A stretch of 32,000 bases of DNA from an uncultured archaeon (GTDB lineage: Archaea; Asgardarchaeota; Lokiarchaeia; Sigyniarchaeales; Promethearchaeaceae), in NCBI GenBank assembly GCA_964426185.1, contig CAYRPF010000004.1, positions 33,544 through 65,543 on the forward strand, in the 5' to 3' direction. The notes beneath the pieces are model-generated. The model worked only from the letters and a program-made list of their open reading frames with translations, searched no databases and was not told where the DNA came from. The position numbers and the translations under genes are program-made. This document shows positions 7,034-15,802 of the stretch, piece by piece; positions within the stretch are counted from its first letter, which is position 1; each line of letters begins with the position of its first letter.

Positions 7034-8518
7034 CTAAACGATGGGTAATAATTCAATTTGAGGATATCCTTTATGAAATGTAGTTTTTATGCAGAATAAG
7101 CTTGCATTACGCGGTTTTATAGAGTAAATCATAATTGCGCCGTGTTGTTCAATAATTTTTATATGAGTAGTGGCAATATAGCTTAAATCGGCAGTTAAGT
7201 TGTTATATTCTTCTGATACTGAATTCCCAGAGCGCGATGAATTTATAATCCCTAATTCAATTACATTAGAATTACGGATCAATTTTAAGTGCTTATCAAA
7301 TAACCCAATTGTTTTATTAAAATCAACCATAAATTGCAAGTTATCGTAGGAAATTCCAGCAAAAACCGGTTGAAACTTTGATACACTTGAAAGTTTAGAA
7401 TAAGTATCAAAGAAAACATCATTAAAATTTTCTTCATCCACTTGACGGATATAAGGACGTATTTCTTTCCTATCAGAAATCTGGTTTTGTAATATTTTCA
7501 TATATTTACTAATCCGATCCGTGGGTAAATACAAGAAAAGACGTTTTTTATCCAGAAGATCGCTGTTAATTCCATCTGATGCCCTAATAATGGCACCTCG
7601 ACCATTTTGAATGAATTGACATAAAATTGCGATGAAAATCGAAGAAACTGAAGAAATAGGTACATTTGATTCGACTTCCAAAAGATTAAAAGTACCTGGG
7701 CGCAAACCACCTCCGTAAATCTCATCAAGTGACTCGTTTCCAGTAGAAAACAAATCATCTTTATCTTGTACAGGTTGATATTGCGAGATATTTACGAATT
7801 TTTCCTTTGAATATGGAGGTAAATACTGAAATTTGTTATGGTATAATGTAAAGGCATATTGTTTCTGTTTACGCTCTACGGCCCGAATTTTATTGATTTC
7901 AATGGTTCGAAAGGTTCGGCCGGCTATTTCCCCATCCCGAAGGGTTAAAATTCCATCTACAATATAATCTAAAAATCCGTGTGTATCTGATTCTGCGATA
8001 AGGATTAATTTTGAATTACTTTGCCGAATAAATTCAGTAAACAATGTTTCAACTTGGTCGTTTTGATTTCTTCCAGGACCAATAATTGCATCCCATGAAT
8101 CTATTACTATGATAGGATGTTCATATTGCGCCACTTTTTCATAGATTATTTTTAAGAATTCGGGAATAGTCTGAAATCGAATCGTTTGCATCAAATGTTC
8201 TTTCATTTGACTTCCTTCGGGATCTTGGGCCGGTGGGATATAAGTTCGAGTGGCATCTAGAATATTTTCAGGTGCCAATTTACCTTTTAACCAAGGAAAT
8301 TGTGAATACAGTGAAGAAGGAGCGACTCGAGTGCTGAGATAAACTGGAGTGTATTCAGTGAAAAATGCAAGTAGAGACATCGCAAAAGTTGTTTTACCCA
8401 CACCTGCTTGTCCTTTTAACAATAAGTTATATCCCGTATCTTCCAATTTAAAAGCATTTACGATTTCAGGGGGGATTGAAATTTCATCTTTAATATGTTG
8501 TTTCATTTTTCTACTCAT
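7034..8518 (-). CDS. GvpD-like / KaiC-superfamily tandem RecA-fold ATPase (second domain degenerate)
   Basis: Domain 1 has GQAGVGKTT, YLSTRV, IVIDSWD, LDYIVDGIL and the K-x-R finger INKIRA. Domain 2 starts STGNESLDEIYGGGL but lacks a Walker A. Confidence 0.82.
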   Translation of the reverse strand: MSRKMKQHIKDEISIPPEIVNAFKLEDTGYNLLLKGQAGVGKTTFAMSLLAFFTEYTPVYLSTRVAPSSLYSQFPWLKGKLAPENILDATRTYIPPAQDPEGSQMKEHLMQTIRFQTIPEFLKIIYEKVAQYEHPIIVIDSWDAIIGPGRNQNDQVETLFTEFIRQSNSKLILIAESDTHGFLDYIVDGILTLRDGEIAGRTFRTIEINKIRAVERKQKQYAFTLYHNKFQYLPPYSKEKFVNISQYQPVQDKDDLFSTGNESLDEIYGGGLRPGTFNLLEVESNVPISSVSSIFIAILCQFIQNGRGAIIRASDGINSDLLDKKRLFLYLPTDRISKYMKILQNQISDRKEIRPYIRQVDEENFNDVFFDTYSKLSSVSKFQPVFAGISYDNLQFMVDFNKTIGLFDKHLKLIRNSNVIELGIINSSRSGNSVSEEYNNLTADLSYIATTHIKIIEQHGAIMIYSIKPRNASLFCIKTTFHKGYPQIELLPIV

Positions 8519-8683
8519 TATCTAAATCACTCAACAATTACCTCACTAATTATCTCAGTAATGATTATAAATTCTCATTGAACCCTATAAAATTTTGTGC
8601 ATTTTCAAAGGAAAATTCCAATGCTTAACCATTCTCTTATCGCCAAAGTAAAAATTTAATTCATCACTTTCATTTATTTACGC
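8519..8683. promoter_or_regulatory. Divergent promoter region (GvpD-like unit / acyl-CoA synthetase)
   Basis: Minus-strand TTTATAAT at 8571-8564. Plus-strand AAAGTAAAAATTTAAT ends at 8660, 23 nt before ATG 8684. Confidence 0.4.
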
Positions 8684-10141
8684 ATGAATTCGAACGAGAT
8701 CTCGTCCGACTATAAATTTGATTTATCACCCATATTCCGCCCAAAATCGACTGTTATTGTAGGATTATCTTCACGAAATCCAGATCATCCAGGAAATGCC
8801 ATGTTCTCCAAGAATCTTATGGAAATGGAGACAAAAACTTATGGAATCACTCCGCGGGCAGATGAAGTTGATGGTCATAAAGTATATAGAAAGCTAGATC
8901 AACTTCCTGAAGTCCCTGAATTGGCTGTGGTAGCAGTAAGCGCGCAACATACGTTCCCTGTTATTCAAGATTTAGCTGAATTTGGCGTGAAAGGGGCAGT
9001 GATTATTGGAGGTGGATTCGCAGAAACGGGAAAGGAAGGTAAAAAGAAACAAGCTGAATTGGTTAAATATTGTGTCGATCATAACCTTCCCTTTATCGGA
9101 CCTAATTGTATCGGAGTTTACAGCCCTCCCATTGTGGATACATTTTTTCTGCCCTCAGAAAGGTTGGTAAAACCTCGTCAAGGAAACGTAGCTGTGATAA
9201 GTCAAAGTGGAGGTGTGTTAATTGATCAATTTTTTATTAATTGTAAAGAACGTGATATCGGTATTAGCACCGCTGTTTCCATTGGGAATAAAGCTATGGT
9301 AAACGAGGCTATGCTTCTTAATTATTTTGAAAAGGATCCTAATACTGATGTTATTGCTTTTTATTTAGAAGGTTTTCATCCCGGCGATGGGCGAAAATTT
9401 GTGGAAAAAGCGCGCCTATCCCGCAAAGACATAGTGGTTTATTCTGGAGGGGTTTCACAAGCTGGGAAAATAGCTGCAGGTTCTCACACTGGGTCGTTGG
9501 CGGCAGATGGTGCCATTATGAAAGGTGCATACAAACAATTCAGCATAATCAATCCTTCTACCGAGCAAGAATTGACAAATGCTTTAAAAACCTACTCCAT
9601 GCTTGCTAATCCTTTCCGGAAATATTCTACAATGTCTATTCATAGGGATAAAATTGCTGTTCTTTCTGTTTCTGGAGGTCACGGTGTTATTTGTGCTGAT
9701 ATAATGGACAAACATGGCTTATCTTTAACAAAATTCACCGAAAAGCAGAAAGAAGACTTAGAATTTCTACTTAATCCAGTGGCTTCTCGAATTGCCGGAT
9801 TGAACAATCCTATAGATATTACTGGTTCAGGAACCGATGAAGATATCGTAAATATTTTGGAATATCTGCTAAATGCACCAAATGTCGAAATGATATTCAC
9901 TTTACTAGTTCCACAAGTCCCGCAATTAACCATGAAATTGGGACGCGCAATCATGCAAATAGGAAACAAATACAGGAAGCCAATTATTGCTTATGTTCCG
10001 TGGACTCCTAAGTATGATTTGATTCGCGATGCTTTGGAAGCACATTATATTCCTTGTGGTCATACAATTCAAGAGACAGTTGAGATGGGGACTGCTTTAA
10101 TTCTCAAAGGTGAGGGTGGAATCCGTAAAAAAATGAGTTAA
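8684..10141 (+). CDS. acdA: ADP-forming acetate/acyl-CoA synthetase, alpha subunit (CoA-binding plus ligase domains)
   Basis: IFRPKSTVIVGLS, GGFAE, GPNCIG, ISQSGG, SIGNKA, phospho-His motif SHTGSLA, SGGHG, NPIDITG. No ATP-grasp (beta) domain. Confidence 0.9.
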   Translation: MNSNEISSDYKFDLSPIFRPKSTVIVGLSSRNPDHPGNAMFSKNLMEMETKTYGITPRADEVDGHKVYRKLDQLPEVPELAVVAVSAQHTFPVIQDLAEFGVKGAVIIGGGFAETGKEGKKKQAELVKYCVDHNLPFIGPNCIGVYSPPIVDTFFLPSERLVKPRQGNVAVISQSGGVLIDQFFINCKERDIGISTAVSIGNKAMVNEAMLLNYFEKDPNTDVIAFYLEGFHPGDGRKFVEKARLSRKDIVVYSGGVSQAGKIAAGSHTGSLAADGAIMKGAYKQFSIINPSTEQELTNALKTYSMLANPFRKYSTMSIHRDKIAVLSVSGGHGVICADIMDKHGLSLTKFTEKQKEDLEFLLNPVASRIAGLNNPIDITGSGTDEDIVNILEYLLNAPNVEMIFTLLVPQVPQLTMKLGRAIMQIGNKYRKPIIAYVPWTPKYDLIRDALEAHYIPCGHTIQETVEMGTALILKGEGGIRKKMS

Positions 10142-10272
10142 TTTTCAAAATAATAATGTATTTTTTCTTCTTAATCTTTAAATTCTTCTCATGAACTTGT
10201 TGAAGAAGAAATCCAAAAGATTTTAGGAAAGGTAAAACATATTTCTTATAGTAGGGAGAGAGAGAAGATTTC

Positions 10273-11778
10273 ATGGTTAAAAAGATTGTATTTGTAGGAC
10301 CCAGTGCTGCAGGTAAAACTACCTTGCAAAAATGGCTTTTTGAAGGGGAAAGCATTTTTAAACTGCTCGAAAATCCATTAGCGCCTACATTGAGCTTTGA
10401 ACATCAATTATATCATATGATTAACGATTTGGGTGTTTTTGATCTCGCGGGGCAAGAGTTTGATGATTGGTTTGGTGATCATCAAGATATTTTTGATGAA
10501 AGCGATTTGATAATCAATGTTCTTGATGCCCGCAGCGCTTCTAAAATAATTGTCGATTATATCGAAAAAGCAATGGAACTGCAAACTTCTCGCACTATTG
10601 ATGCAAAAATTTTTTTTCTCATCCATAAAATTGATTTAATCGATACCATCCAGCAGGTAAAAATTGCCAAATCTATTGATCTTTTAAAAAATCGTATGAA
10701 TAACTTAAAAAACCAAACCTTCTTTTGGTATTTCACTTCAATCAAACCTTCATATTTAGTATCAACAGTTGATGCATTTACAGAAATCTTTAAAATTTCG
10801 GGTTTAGATGAAGTCGCGAAATTAGACACCAAAGTTATCCAGTTGAATACTGAACTGTTCTCTCAATTAAATAAAATGAAGGATATTTCGCTGAATGATT
10901 TATCTGCAAGATTCGGAAAATATTATGCAAAGGTTATAATCTTAATTGAATCTTATTTGGAAGCTGGTTTATTAACACAGACAGTTGATGAAGATGGATC
11001 TCGAAGGATCCAAATAACTGATCGAGGCATCTCATATTATAATCGAATAATAATAAGTATTGAGAAATTGTTTCCAGAAGAAACCAAACAAATAAAATTA
11101 TCACATTCTCTTGAAATGCGCCAAATGGCAAAGTATTGGATTTACGGAATAATGATTAGCGATTCAAGTGGAAAAACACTTCTAATATGCGAAACTGAAA
11201 GAAATTCTTTAATTGATATATTAAATCGTGCGGGTAACCCCCAATTTGATTTGGAATTAATTCCGATGTTTTTGAATGCCATGTCGAAATTTGCCGAGGA
11301 GATTAATGTTCAAGAATTGACAAGTTTCAAAGTACAGGGTGTCAATTTACAAATGTCTTCGATCACAAAAGGTGATATTACTTTTACTCTCTTTTCTAAT
11401 CCCAAATTTAGAATTGATTTGATCAGAACTGAAATAGGTGCTATGTTTAATGACTTTTTAGAAGATAACGCTCAAGCTATATTAGAATTTAGCAAAACAG
11501 GAAATGCAACGAAATTTCAAGATTATAATGCGGTTCTTTTACAAAAAGTTGATGGTATAATCAAGACTTACTTAGATATTGAGAATGAAATTGCGGCTTT
11601 CAGCATTGATGAAGCGAAACGTCTTTACAAAGAATTAAATCAAGTAGAAGAAGAAAAATTGTCGATAGAAGATCAACTTAAGGTCAAATCCCTTAAAGTT
11701 AAGTTGTTAGAGACAATTCTTTCTGAAAACGCCAAAGAATTTCTTTCAATTGAAAATGATATTCGAGCATACATCTAA
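10273..11778 (+). CDS. Rag/Gtr1-like small GTPase fused to winged-helix and longin-like domains
   Basis: GPSAAGKTT, LAPT, DLAGQE, HKID, FTSI. aa ~190-262 has a wHTH pattern (ISLNDLSARF...LEAGLL...RRIQITDRG). aa ~288-430 has a longin pattern (IYGIMISDSSGKTL...LIPMFLNAMSKFAEEI). Confidence 0.82.
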   Translation: MVKKIVFVGPSAAGKTTLQKWLFEGESIFKLLENPLAPTLSFEHQLYHMINDLGVFDLAGQEFDDWFGDHQDIFDESDLIINVLDARSASKIIVDYIEKAMELQTSRTIDAKIFFLIHKIDLIDTIQQVKIAKSIDLLKNRMNNLKNQTFFWYFTSIKPSYLVSTVDAFTEIFKISGLDEVAKLDTKVIQLNTELFSQLNKMKDISLNDLSARFGKYYAKVIILIESYLEAGLLTQTVDEDGSRRIQITDRGISYYNRIIISIEKLFPEETKQIKLSHSLEMRQMAKYWIYGIMISDSSGKTLLICETERNSLIDILNRAGNPQFDLELIPMFLNAMSKFAEEINVQELTSFKVQGVNLQMSSITKGDITFTLFSNPKFRIDLIRTEIGAMFNDFLEDNAQAILEFSKTGNATKFQDYNAVLLQKVDGIIKTYLDIENEIAAFSIDEAKRLYKELNQVEEEKLSIEDQLKVKSLKVKLLETILSENAKEFLSIENDIRAYI

Positions 11779-11837
11779 AAGTTCTGATAGAATAGAAAGA
11801 ATGATTTTTTATGGAAGTTCAGCTTTTTTTCATTTGA

Positions 11838-11866
11838 ATTTTTAAATAATTATGATAAGGGAGATC
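11838..11866 (+). promoter_or_regulatory. Putative TATA box and SD-like site of the ABC/surface-protein operon
   Basis: TTTAAATA at 11841-11848 and AAGGGAGA at 11857-11864, before ATG 11869. At this spacing only one of the two is likely functional. Confidence 0.35.
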
Positions 11867-11868
11867 AT

Positions 11869-12879
11869 ATGGTTCTAAAACGTCCAACACAAAATTTAAC
11901 CGTTTCTTCACAAATGGAATCTAAATATAAAATTGTCGTAGAAGGAATTCATAAAACCTACTTGCTTGGCGCTACAGCAGTTCCTGCTCTTAGAGGTGTT
12001 GACTTAAAAATAAAACCAGGAGAATTTGTTGGGCTCATGGGACCTTCTGGATGTGGAAAAACTACACTATTGAATTTAATAGGTGGTCTGGATTATCCTA
12101 CACGCGGAAAAATTTATTTAGATAATCAAGACATGTCCCGTTTGGACGAAAACCAGCTGGCTGATTTACGTCGTGATAAAATCGGATATGTTTTTCAATT
12201 TTATAATTTATTACCTCTACTTACCGCTCTTGAAAATGTGATGATTCCCCTTCATTTTCAAGGCAAACTCTCGAAACGAGCCCGGAAGCGAAAAGCAATG
12301 GAGTTATTGAAATTGGTTAAATTGGACGATAGGGCCAATCATACTCCTTCCGAGCTATCTGGTGGTGAACAACAGCGAGTTGCCATTGCCAGAGCATTTG
12401 CCAATGATCCGAGTATTGTTCTCTTAGATGAGCCAACTGGAGATTTGGATTCAAAAACTGGAATCGAGATTCTAAATTTATTAAGAGATTTGAATCGCAA
12501 AGGGGCCACTTTTATTGCTGCTACTCATGATGCAGCTGTTTCGGAATATTGTTCCCGTGTAGTTCATTTACGAGATGGTAAAATCGTAACGGGATTAGAA
12601 ATATCAGGGTTGAAAGAAACTCCAGAAATGAGAGAAGCGCGACTTAAAGTGCAAGAACAATATAAAGAAATGTGTGAACGGGAAATTTTATCTATAATTA
12701 GAGAGCAAATTAAATTACAGAGATACGAGATAAGATCATCCTATCTAAAAGAACAAATTGATGAAGAAATTCTGGCCAACCTTCCCCTGCATTTTGATGA
12801 TTTGATTCAAGAATTGGTTCAACGTGGAGAAATCGAAGGTGAATTTAAAAGCGGGGTTATTTATTTAATAAATTGTTAA
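11869..12879 (+). CDS. ABC transporter ATP-binding protein, MacB/LolD/FtsE family, with C-terminal winged-helix/PCI-like extension
   Basis: Walker [21 protein letters not shown], signature [14 protein letters not shown], Walker [12 protein letters not shown]-loop ATHD, then ~95 extra C-terminal residues. Confidence 0.93.
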   Translation: MVLKRPTQNLTVSSQMESKYKIVVEGIHKTYLLGATAVPALRGVDLKIKPGEFVGLMGPSGCGKTTLLNLIGGLDYPTRGKIYLDNQDMSRLDENQLADLRRDKIGYVFQFYNLLPLLTALENVMIPLHFQGKLSKRARKRKAMELLKLVKLDDRANHTPSELSGGEQQRVAIARAFANDPSIVLLDEPTGDLDSKTGIEILNLLRDLNRKGATFIAATHDAAVSEYCSRVVHLRDGKIVTGLEISGLKETPEMREARLKVQEQYKEMCEREILSIIREQIKLQRYEIRSSYLKEQIDEEILANLPLHFDDLIQELVQRGEIEGEFKSGVIYLINC

Positions 12880-12906
12880 ATACAGGTTGAGGATGGAGTA
12901 AACTTA

Positions 12907-15774
12907 ATGAATTCATTTCTGTGGAGTTATGCTATTAAGGATTTATTTCGGCAGAAAACCCGGACAATTTTTGGAATTTTAGGCATAACTGTTAGCTTAT
13001 TTCTATTAACCTCTGTATCAATCATAACGGACAGCGTTTCTTATAATTTTATTGATTTTTTAACTTTAGATGCTGGATTTCAAGATATGACTCTCTCACG
13101 CCGTCCAGTATCTACAAACGATGTTAATTTTACGGGATATTTCGATTTTATCGATGTTACTCCAGAAATTCGCTCTGCTGCCCCTGAAATTGGAAATATT
13201 GTCCCACGTGGTTATTTTCGCGGTGAATTACTTGATTCACAAAATACATCTAAATCGACTGGATCAAAATTATGGGTTTGTGCCTTAAATTTTACTTTAG
13301 AAGAAGATATACAATTTGGAAAATTTAAAAATGTTGATGAAAACATAACTCTACATGAAGGTTTACCTGAAAGTTCTGCTTTAATTTCAGCAAATTACGC
13401 GACTGAGCATCAAGTTAAAACGGGTGATAAAATTTATATTTTTGTCCGACCATTAAATGCTACCGTTAATTTTACAATTAGTAGTACCTATCAACAAAAC
13501 CTCAAATTTCCCATTGATAAAGATCCAGAATTAATCGTAGATCTCTCATGGTGGGGAAAAATCGCTAATTCAGTGGCCAATCATTCAAAATATCCTTCCG
13601 ATTTTTCATGGAACAATCGGGTTAATCAAATACTTTTAAAGTTGGAAAATTTTGAAGGAGTGTATGATGTTCGTGATGTAGAAGGAACTGAAGCATATAT
13701 TTCTCAAATAGGTGCCAAGATACTTACACATTTAGGTTTAGAATCTTGGAAGATGGATTATCCTAAATTAGAATTATTGTTTGTGTCAGAATTTCTAACT
13801 GTAACCATGAATATTCTCTTTATCACCATTGGAATTATCTCAATGTTGATCTCTGGTATTTTAATTAATGGAATCTTGTCTACATCCGTGGAAGAACGGA
13901 TTAAAGAATTTGGAATTAATCGTGTGTTAGGTGCTCGAAAATCCTATAATTTGAAGTTAATTTTAATACAAAGTGTATTTATTTCCTTTCTGGGAACCAC
14001 ACTGGGTATAATAATATCGGTTTTGATAATTCGATTTATTGCAATTCCAATTGGAGAAAATTTACTGGCAGAAAATGAGATATATGCATCTATTATCTTT
14101 TTTGTGGATCCAACCACTATCTTAATATCATATCTTATAGGTATTGGTATTTCAATGGCGGTTGCAATTTCTCCTGCGTTAAAAGTTTCCCGAATGCGAA
14201 TAGTTGAAGCTATAAATCCATATCGACATAGCGAAGAAGTATATCATATCACGAAGGAAGGAAATGCTAATATTAAATTGATTGTTATTGGAATTATTTT
14301 AGCCGCAAACGCAGGATTTATTTATTTTATACTCCCACGAATAATGATCTCATTTGAATTTGGTATTCTGGCAACAGTTTTGATCATTACCATGATGGTA
14401 TTTTTAATTGGGGTTTCTATTATGGCGATAGGATTTATGCCATTTTTAAACCGTATTTTAATCAAAGTTTTAGAACCTTTTAATCAGAAGCTCATGAATA
14501 TCGTAAAAATTACAATTCATCGTTATCAAAGAAGAAACTTATCCACGAGCATCATGTTTGTGATCTCCTTTTCCTTTATTATTTTTACCACCAGTATGAT
14601 CCAGATTCAGATCCGCCAGATAGGGGGATTAATAGAATATGAACAAGGCTCAGATATTCTCTTAAGACCTAACACTTATGATTTAAATGCTCCAACTGTT
14701 TCAATTACCCACGAGTTAATGAAAATTGAAGGAATTGAGCGTGTTTCTGCAGTTATCGCTAGTGCAAATGACTTAGAAGATATTTATTCGGAGGAGAATA
14801 AAGATTTCAAAATTACTTTAGGTGATTACATCAATTTTCAAAATTCAGAAGTTCGTTTATTTGCTGCAGATGATTGCTACATCGATACCGTATATCAAAA
14901 TTACATTACTTTTACTGAAGGAGACAAAGAAACTGCGTTTACCGCATTATATAACACAACAGAAATATGTATCATAATATCCGCTTCACTGGCTTCAAGC
15001 TTGCGAATTCATTTAGGGGATATCGCTCGTTTAACTTTTACTCGTGGAACTGAAGAAGAACCTTTTTTGTGTCGAATTGTTGGAGTTGCAAAAGCTATGC
15101 CAGGGATGCAATCTAGATTTGCAGAAAGCGGATTAGGTTCCACATTAAGAGCGGGAGGTGTCTTAATATCTCCTCAACATTATACCAAATGTATGAATAT
15201 TCCTGGGGAAGACGATGCTTATTTAGATAAAGTTTTTATTAAAGTAAAAACAGGCTATAATTCTATCCAGATTGCTGCTATACTCGAAACTTATTTCCAA
15301 GATACTTATGAACTGCGCATAGGTATTACTTCTCAAGGGATTGATGAAGCCGAAGAAGCTTTTATGGTGGTAAAATACCTTTTCTTAGCAATACTTATTG
15401 GGACTGTTCTTATTGCTTTATTTGGGTTAATTAGTTCTTCTTATTCTTCAATATTAGAGCGAAAACGCGAGATTGGAATTTTACGAACTTTAGGGCTTTA
15501 TGGAACTGAAATAGAGCGGATGTTTCTCTTAGAAAATCTAATTTTACTTTTTTCTTCTTCCACTTCGGGAGGTATCATAGGTTTTCTAATGGCAATGGGT
15601 CTTAGTGAAAATATGACATTATTTATACAAAGTCCGAGAATGTTGGCTATTCCATGGGATATTATTGCCATTGTTTATTCTATTTCGATTATTGCACTAG
15701 TTATTGGTATGCGCTGGCTTATGCGAAAATTACGTAATCAGAATTTGATTGAAATCTTTCGAGAAACATTATAA
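12907..15774 (+). CDS. FtsX/MacB-like ABC permease (tandem, two FtsX modules)
   Basis: N-terminal amphipathic helix plus TM and a large extracytoplasmic loop, SVEERIKEFGINRVLGA, a second loop, then ILERKREIGILRTLG and further TMs. Confidence 0.9.
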   Translation: MNSFLWSYAIKDLFRQKTRTIFGILGITVSLFLLTSVSIITDSVSYNFIDFLTLDAGFQDMTLSRRPVSTNDVNFTGYFDFIDVTPEIRSAAPEIGNIVPRGYFRGELLDSQNTSKSTGSKLWVCALNFTLEEDIQFGKFKNVDENITLHEGLPESSALISANYATEHQVKTGDKIYIFVRPLNATVNFTISSTYQQNLKFPIDKDPELIVDLSWWGKIANSVANHSKYPSDFSWNNRVNQILLKLENFEGVYDVRDVEGTEAYISQIGAKILTHLGLESWKMDYPKLELLFVSEFLTVTMNILFITIGIISMLISGILINGILSTSVEERIKEFGINRVLGARKSYNLKLILIQSVFISFLGTTLGIIISVLIIRFIAIPIGENLLAENEIYASIIFFVDPTTILISYLIGIGISMAVAISPALKVSRMRIVEAINPYRHSEEVYHITKEGNANIKLIVIGIILAANAGFIYFILPRIMISFEFGILATVLIITMMVFLIGVSIMAIGFMPFLNRILIKVLEPFNQKLMNIVKITIHRYQRRNLSTSIMFVISFSFIIFTTSMIQIQIRQIGGLIEYEQGSDILLRPNTYDLNAPTVSITHELMKIEGIERVSAVIASANDLEDIYSEENKDFKITLGDYINFQNSEVRLFAADDCYIDTVYQNYITFTEGDKETAFTALYNTTEICIIISASLASSLRIHLGDIARLTFTRGTEEEPFLCRIVGVAKAMPGMQSRFAESGLGSTLRAGGVLISPQHYTKCMNIPGEDDAYLDKVFIKVKTGYNSIQIAAILETYFQDTYELRIGITSQGIDEAEEAFMVVKYLFLAILIGTVLIALFGLISSSYSSILERKREIGILRTLGLYGTEIERMFLLENLILLFSSSTSGGIIGFLMAMGLSENMTLFIQSPRMLAIPWDIIAIVYSISIIALVIGMRWLMRKLRNQNLIEIFRETL

Positions 15775-15802
15775 TCATTAGAAAACATTCGAGAGGAGAA
15801 AA

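Noticed and set aside
7034-8518. Gas vesicle cluster or true circadian KaiC
   Set aside because: No gvpA or kaiB in the window. The second domain lacks Walker A and the catalytic EE pair is absent, so only the GvpD-like family call is kept.
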